Source of the DNA: a candidate division WOR-3 bacterium
Lineage (GTDB): Bacteria; Hydrothermota; Tepidihabitantia; Tepidihabitantales; Tepidihabitantaceae
Reading direction: 5' to 3'
NCBI GenBank assembly: GCA_965648935.1
Contig: CBFGIY010000043.1
Coordinates: 1-20,483, forward strand
Length of the DNA: 20,483 nucleotides
Of this stretch, positions 15,912 through 20,483 are shown one piece after another. A program made the position numbers and the translations under genes. Under the pieces are notes generated by a model, which did not search any database, was not told the DNA's origin, and saw nothing but the letters and a program-made list of their open reading frames with translations. Within the stretch, counting starts at the first letter, position 1. Every line of letters begins with the position of its first letter.

Positions 15912-16529
15912 ATGGACAGAGTCGGCATCGGCGTGCTTGCCTCGGGCCGCGGCTCCAACTTCGAGGCGCTGGCCCGGGCCGCGGCCGAGCCCGGGTTCGG
16001 CGGCGAGGTGCGCCTGCTCGTCGCCAACGTGCCCGGGGCCGGGGCCCTGGAGCGGGCCGCGGCGCTGGGGATCCCGTCGCTGGTCATCAATCACCGCGAC
16101 TTCGCGAAGCGGGCCGAGTTCGAGCGCGCGGTCATCGCGCAGTTCGATGCGCGGTCGGTCGGGCTGGTCTGCCTGGCCGGGTTCATGCGCGTGCTCTCGC
16201 CGGTGTTTGTCCGCCATTACGCGGGCCGGGTGATGAACGTTCATCCCTCACTTCTGCCCGCGTTCGCCGGGCTGCAGGGTCTGGGGGTGCACGCGGCGGT
16301 GCTCGAGCACGGCTGCAAGGTGTCGGGCTGCACGGTCCACTTTGTCAGCGAGGCGGTCGATGCCGGGCCGATAATCGTCCAGCGCGCGGTGGCCGTCGCG
16401 GAGGACGACACGCCCGAGTCGCTCGCGGCGCGGGTGCTGGCCGAGGAGCACCGCGCCTATGCCGAGGCGGCGCGGCTCTTCTGCAACGGCCGGCTGGAAA
16501 TCAGGGGGCGAAAGGTGAGGGTGAAATGA
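15912..16529 (+). CDS. purN: phosphoribosylglycinamide formyltransferase
   Basis: LASGRGSNF, LAGFMRVL, NVHPSLLP and GCTVHFV..VDAGPII motifs. Confidence 0.96.
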   Translation: MDRVGIGVLASGRGSNFEALARAAAEPGFGGEVRLLVANVPGAGALERAAALGIPSLVINHRDFAKRAEFERAVIAQFDARSVGLVCLAGFMRVLSPVFVRHYAGRVMNVHPSLLPAFAGLQGLGVHAAVLEHGCKVSGCTVHFVSEAVDAGPIIVQRAVAVAEDDTPESLAARVLAEEHRAYAEAARLFCNGRLEIRGRKVRVK

Positions 16530-17545
16530 CTGTCAACCGCAGGATAAAGGTCGCGCTGGTCGGCTGCGGGGCCCAGGCCCAGCTTGCCCACATTCCCGCG
16601 CTGAAGATGAACCCGTCGGTCGAGCTGTACGCGCTCTGCGACACCGACGTGCGCAAGGTCAACCACCTCGCGGCGCTGCACTCGGTGCCGCGCCGGTTCC
16701 TCGACTTCGACGAGCTGCGCGAGGTCGAGGAAATCGAGGGCGTGGTCATCGCCACGCCCAACCACCTGCACGGCCCGATGGCCGCGGCCGCGCTCGGCTA
16801 CGGCAAGCACGTGCTCTGCGAGATGCCGCTGGGGATGAACTCGGCCGAGGTCGAGCGGATGGTGCAGGTCGCGGCCGCGGAGAAGCGCATCCTGACGCCC
16901 TGCCTGAACACCCGGCTGCGGCCCGACGTCCAGACCATAAAGCGGTTCGTCGACGGCGGCGAGCTGGGCTCGCTGTACTACGCCAAGACCGGCTGGCTTC
17001 AGGGCCGCGGGTCGTGGTCCCTGGCCGGCTGGCGGGGCGAGCGGCTGCGCGCGGGCGGCGGCGCGTTCCTGAGCCTGGGCACGGCGCTGCTCGACGCCGC
17101 GCTGTTCCTGCTCGACAGGCACCGGCCGGTCTCGGTCATCGGCGCGGCCCACCACCGCGCCCCGCGCGCCGAGGTCGAGGACACCGCGTTCGCGATGGTG
17201 CGGTTCGAGCCGGACCTGCTGCTGACGGTCGAGGTCGGGTGGAGCCTCTTGATGGAGCGCGACTTCAACTACCTCAACCTGATGGGCAACTCGGGCGCGG
17301 CCCTGCTCAACCCGATACAGATTCACAAGGAGATGCACGGCCATCTCGTCAATGTCACGCCCCAGATACCGGAGAAGGGCATCCAGCGCGCCTCGCACAA
17401 GATGCTCATCGACCTCTGGGTCGACTCGATGCAGAAGGACCGGCCTGCGGCCGTGACCGCGGAGCAGGCCCTGGCAATCAGCCGCCTGACCGAGGCGTTC
17501 TACCGTTCGGCCCAGACCCGCGCCGAGGTGAAGCTCGATTCGTAA
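16526..17545 (+). CDS. Gfo/Idh/MocA family oxidoreductase
   Basis: VALVGCGAQA Rossmann motif, IATPNHLH, GKHVLCEMP and GGGAFL motifs; ATGA overlap with purN. Confidence 0.9.
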   Translation: MTVNRRIKVALVGCGAQAQLAHIPALKMNPSVELYALCDTDVRKVNHLAALHSVPRRFLDFDELREVEEIEGVVIATPNHLHGPMAAAALGYGKHVLCEMPLGMNSAEVERMVQVAAAEKRILTPCLNTRLRPDVQTIKRFVDGGELGSLYYAKTGWLQGRGSWSLAGWRGERLRAGGGAFLSLGTALLDAALFLLDRHRPVSVIGAAHHRAPRAEVEDTAFAMVRFEPDLLLTVEVGWSLLMERDFNYLNLMGNSGAALLNPIQIHKEMHGHLVNVTPQIPEKGIQRASHKMLIDLWVDSMQKDRPAAVTAEQALAISRLTEAFYRSAQTRAEVKLDS

Positions 17546-19013
17546 GGCTCTCGCGCTCGCCGCGGCCGCGGCAGGGCTGGCCCTGGCCTTCGCGCCGTTC
17601 CCGTTGCGCTTTCTCGCGCTCGTCGGGTTCGTGCCGTTCTTCCGCGTGCTGCTGGAGGCCCCGCCGAAGCGCGCGTTCCTGTGGGGCTGGCTGTTCGGCG
17701 GGCTGGTTGCGGCCGGGCACCTGTGGTGGGTGTGGTTCCTCATCGTGCCGATCGAGCCGGTGACGCGGGTGCTGCTCAACCTCGGGGTCGCGCTGATGTT
17801 CGCCTATCTCGGTCTGTACACCGGCCTGTTCGCAGTGGCGGTGCGCCGGCTCGGGCTGTGGGCCGCGCCGCTGTGCTGGCCTCTTCTGGAGCTCGCGCTC
17901 AGCCGCACCCAGATAGCCTTCCCGTGGAACTTGCTCGGCGCGAGCATCACCCCGTGGCTGCCCTATGCCGGGCTCGCCGCGCTCGGCGGGGTGTACCTCG
18001 TATCGGCGTGGGTCGTGCTGGTCAATGTCCTGGTCTACCGGCTGGTGTTCACGCCGCGGCGCGCGCTGAGCGCGCTCGGGCTCGCGCTCGCTCTCCTGCT
18101 GCCGCTCGGCTATCACGCGCTGCGCGCCCGGCCCTTGGAGAAGTGGTTCACGGTCGCCATAGTCCAGCCCGACGTCTCGCCGCTGGACAAGGGCGACTGG
18201 GACTCGCGCGAGCGGATACAGGCCGACCTCGTGCGGCTCAGCCGCGCGGGCGCGGCCCGGCGGCCCGACCTCATCGTGTTCCCGGAGACCGCGACCCTGG
18301 TCGATGTGACGCGCTCCGGGACCATCGGTCCGGTCCTGCGCGAGCTGGTCGACTCGCTCGGCATCGAGCTCTTCACCGGCACGCCGCTGTACAACGACTC
18401 GGCCCGCACCTGGCACAACGGCGCGACCCTGATCCGGCCGGGCGAATGGCCGCCGGTCCAGCGTTACTACAAGATGTTTCTCGTCCCCTTCTCGGAGAAG
18501 ATTCCCTACTCCGACGAACTGCCGTTTGTCCGCAAACTCATCGGCACCTCGGACATGGGCGACTGGGCGCGGGGACACGACTGGACCGTGTTCCAGTGGC
18601 GCAAGGGCACGCTCTCCGGCCACATCTGCTTCGAGATAATCTTTCCCCAGCACGCGCGCGAGCTTGCCCGGCGCGGCTCGATGCTGCTCGTGAACGTCAC
18701 CAACGACGGCTGGTTCGGCAGGCTCCCCGGCGCGCACCAGCATGCCGAGCTGTCGGTGATGCGCGCGATCGAAACCGGCCTGCCCCTGGTCAGAAGCGCC
18801 AACAACGGCACCTCGATGGTCGTCGACCCCTATGGCCGGGTGATTGCCCGCACGCGGCTGTTTGAGCAGGCCGTGCTCGTCGCGGACGTGCCCGAACCAG
18901 GCGTGGTGCCGCCCTACCGCATCTGGGGCGACTGGCCACTCCTGCTTGCCTGCCTCATCCCGCTCGTCATCGCCGCGCTCCGCCGCCGGCGCAACCGCCC
19001 GGCCGGCAGTTGA
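17538..19013 (+). CDS. lnt: apolipoprotein N-acyltransferase
   Basis: FPWNLLG, FPET (catalytic E), YYKMFLVPFSE (K), ICFE (C), TNDGWFG and VRSANNGTS motifs. Start inferred at ATT 17538 (see findings); the ORF track gives TTG 17604. Confidence 0.92.
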   Translation: MRKALALAAAAAGLALAFAPFPLRFLALVGFVPFFRVLLEAPPKRAFLWGWLFGGLVAAGHLWWVWFLIVPIEPVTRVLLNLGVALMFAYLGLYTGLFAVAVRRLGLWAAPLCWPLLELALSRTQIAFPWNLLGASITPWLPYAGLAALGGVYLVSAWVVLVNVLVYRLVFTPRRALSALGLALALLLPLGYHALRARPLEKWFTVAIVQPDVSPLDKGDWDSRERIQADLVRLSRAGAARRPDLIVFPETATLVDVTRSGTIGPVLRELVDSLGIELFTGTPLYNDSARTWHNGATLIRPGEWPPVQRYYKMFLVPFSEKIPYSDELPFVRKLIGTSDMGDWARGHDWTVFQWRKGTLSGHICFEIIFPQHARELARRGSMLLVNVTNDGWFGRLPGAHQHAELSVMRAIETGLPLVRSANNGTSMVVDPYGRVIARTRLFEQAVLVADVPEPGVVPPYRIWGDWPLLLACLIPLVIAALRRRRNRPAGS

Positions 19014-19271
19014 GGGCGGAGAGCAGACAGCCGACAACAGCGAGACCCCGGCTTCCGGCTCAGAGAACCGGCGCAGGACAGAGCGGCCGCCCGGGGGACG
19101 AGAGGGGGTCTTGCGATGGGGGCCGGCTAACCGGCCGAACCGCCAGGGGTTGATCCCGGCCCGGCGCGGCGGGCAGATTTAGCCCGGCAGGATAAACGGC
19201 ACATCATCATATAGTGTTATGTTTATCTTTTGAGGCCTGCCCGGGCGGGCGCGGGCCGCGGCGGGCGGGTG

Positions 19272-19301
19272 TTGACAGCGGGCGGTGGCGGGGCATAGAC
19301 T
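19272..19301 (+). promoter_or_regulatory. promoter of the right-end secreted protein gene
   Basis: TTGACA (19272-19277)-N18-TAGACT (19296-19301)-10 nt-ATG 19312. Confidence 0.6.
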
Positions 19302-19311
19302 GGCCAGAAGG

Positions 19312-20483
19312 ATGACTCGTTTCGCGCTGTTCCCCCTGCTGGCCGCGGCAGTCGCGCTCGGCGGCTGGCTGAGCGAGGAGCGCATCACCGCGCGCACCAA
19401 CGCCGCCGATCGCACTTCACCCAACAACGCCCGCTGTCTCGCTGTCGACTCGGCCGGCAACGTTCACGCGGTGTGGTATGGCATGCACGAGGGCCGTTCT
19501 CAGATCTGGTATGCCTGGCGGAGTGCGGCCGGTGATTCCTGGAGTGAGCGGATGGTCATCTCGGTCGACGCTGAACGGGACAGCAATCCGTCGCTTGCTG
19601 TTGATGCCGGTGGAAATGTCCACGTGGTCTGGCAGGTTTGCCGGGCGGAGACTTCGGCAGTGCGTTACCGGCGGCGGGATGCGGCGACCGGGGAGTGGCA
19701 TCCGGCTGAGACCGTGGCTCGGATGCCGGCCAGCAGTTCGCCCGTCGTTGTCGGGTTCGGGTCTGCTGAAGCGGTAGCGGCGTGGGAAGCTGCTGCACCC
19801 GGGACCTACAAGAACTGTTTTGTTGCCACGCGCAGTCCGGCGGGCTGGTCGGCGCCGCGACTGGTCAGTCAACCCGGGTCTTTCAGTCAATCGCAGGTCT
19901 GTCTCGCGGTACTGGATGACTCAACGCCGGCTGCGCTCTGGCTGCGGGTCGGCGATCCGGAGCAGATGCTGTTTCGCGCCAACTGCACCAGCGCAACTCC
20001 CAGAATCGACACGTTGTTTCAGGGCAATGCCTGCGCTGGCCCGAGCGCCAGCAGCTGGAGTGACAACAGGCTCGACGCGCTGTGGTATGCCGTGGTCGGT
20101 TCGCAACGCCGGCTGGTGCTGCGTCGGTTCGGGCCCTCGGGCTGGTCAGACACGACAGTGGTGCATGCGCAGTCAAGACCGTTGCAGCCTGGTTCGGTGG
20201 CGGTGGGCGGATCAGGCACGGCCGCGGTCTGCTGGGTTGCCACTGATGCTTCGAACCGGTCAGCGCTGTTTCTGAAGACCCGCGAACTGGCGGCGCCCAG
20301 CTGGTCCGACACAGTTCGCGTTTCTGACTCGGCGGTTAATCCGAGCGGCCAGCATATTGTCTGGGGCACGGATGGCAGTCACAACGTGCTCTGGACCGAT
20401 GCCCGGCGCAGTTTGACTTTCCCCGATGTCTACTTCCGCCGGTGGGAGTTCGTGCGCGATGTGGCGGTGCTGGGGTTCGAGGC
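19312..20483 (+). CDS. secreted beta-propeller-like (BNR/sialidase-like repeat) protein, truncated by the window end
   Basis: Hand translation is open from ATG 19312 to the end: signal peptide MTRFALFPLLAAAVALG, repeats LAVDSAGNVHAVW / LAVDAGGNVHVVW / WGTDGSHNVLWTD, and W-S turns. Missing from the ORF track because no stop lies in the window. Confidence 0.8.
   Translation, partial: MTRFALFPLLAAAVALGGWLSEERITARTNAADRTSPNNARCLAVDSAGNVHAVWYGMHEGRSQIWYAWRSAAGDSWSERMVISVDAERDSNPSLAVDAGGNVHVVWQVCRAETSAVRYRRRDAATGEWHPAETVARMPASSSPVVVGFGSAEAVAAWEAAAPGTYKNCFVATRSPAGWSAPRLVSQPGSFSQSQVCLAVLDDSTPAALWLRVGDPEQMLFRANCTSATPRIDTLFQGNACAGPSASSWSDNRLDALWYAVVGSQRRLVLRRFGPSGWSDTTVVHAQSRPLQPGSVAVGGSGTAAVCWVATDASNRSALFLKTRELAAPSWSDTVRVSDSAVNPSGQHIVWGTDGSHNVLWTDARRSLTFPDVYFRRWEFVRDVAVLGFE

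Noticed and set aside
26..19037. Many long antisense or alternative-frame ORFs (e.g. 26..1159, 1745..2959, 16457..17779, 17478..19037)
   Set aside because: They are shadows of well-supported genes in high-GC DNA and have low-complexity Arg/Ala/Gly/Pro translations with no motifs.
19200..19227. dif-like site (TTATGTTTATC resembles the XerD arm TTATGTTAAAT)
   Set aside because: Only 8 of 11 positions match, and the would-be XerC arm lacks the CATAA end.
19417..20369. Short ORF-track ORFs at the right end
   Set aside because: All overlap the single open + strand frame starting at 19312, which has a signal peptide and repeats.

Overview
High-GC bacterial chromosomal housekeeping region. The rplM-rpsI-rpsB-tsf-pyrH-frr order, the lolA/lnt genes and a T9SS-CTD-like tail point to a diderm FCB-superphylum lineage, possibly WOR-3 (inference). 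Left to right it holds: a minus-strand operon rplM-rpsI-rpsB-tsf-pyrH-frr-uppS-cdsA ending in a UPF0282-like MBL-fold hydrolase; two divergent exported/membrane hypotheticals; a flavin reductase; tRNA-Leu(GAG)-deoB-cdd; serS; ribD-ribE; acyP; lolA-thioesterase-rimO; purN-Gfo/Idh/MocA oxidoreductase-lnt; and a secreted beta-propeller-like protein, absent from the ORF track, that runs off the right end. No mobile element or CRISPR array was seen. The most notable signal is in the 8165-8555 intergenic region: two NrdR-box-like sites 32 bp apart, then a sigma70-type promoter, then a putative ~80-nt self-terminating hairpin RNA exposing several anti-Shine-Dalgarno (CCUCC) motifs. Other notable signals are repeated leaderless-type promoters (mostly 16-bp spacers), a probable ATT start for lnt, a deoB start only 11 nt behind a CCA-less tRNA, and an rpsB start codon embedded in an atypical S9 tail.
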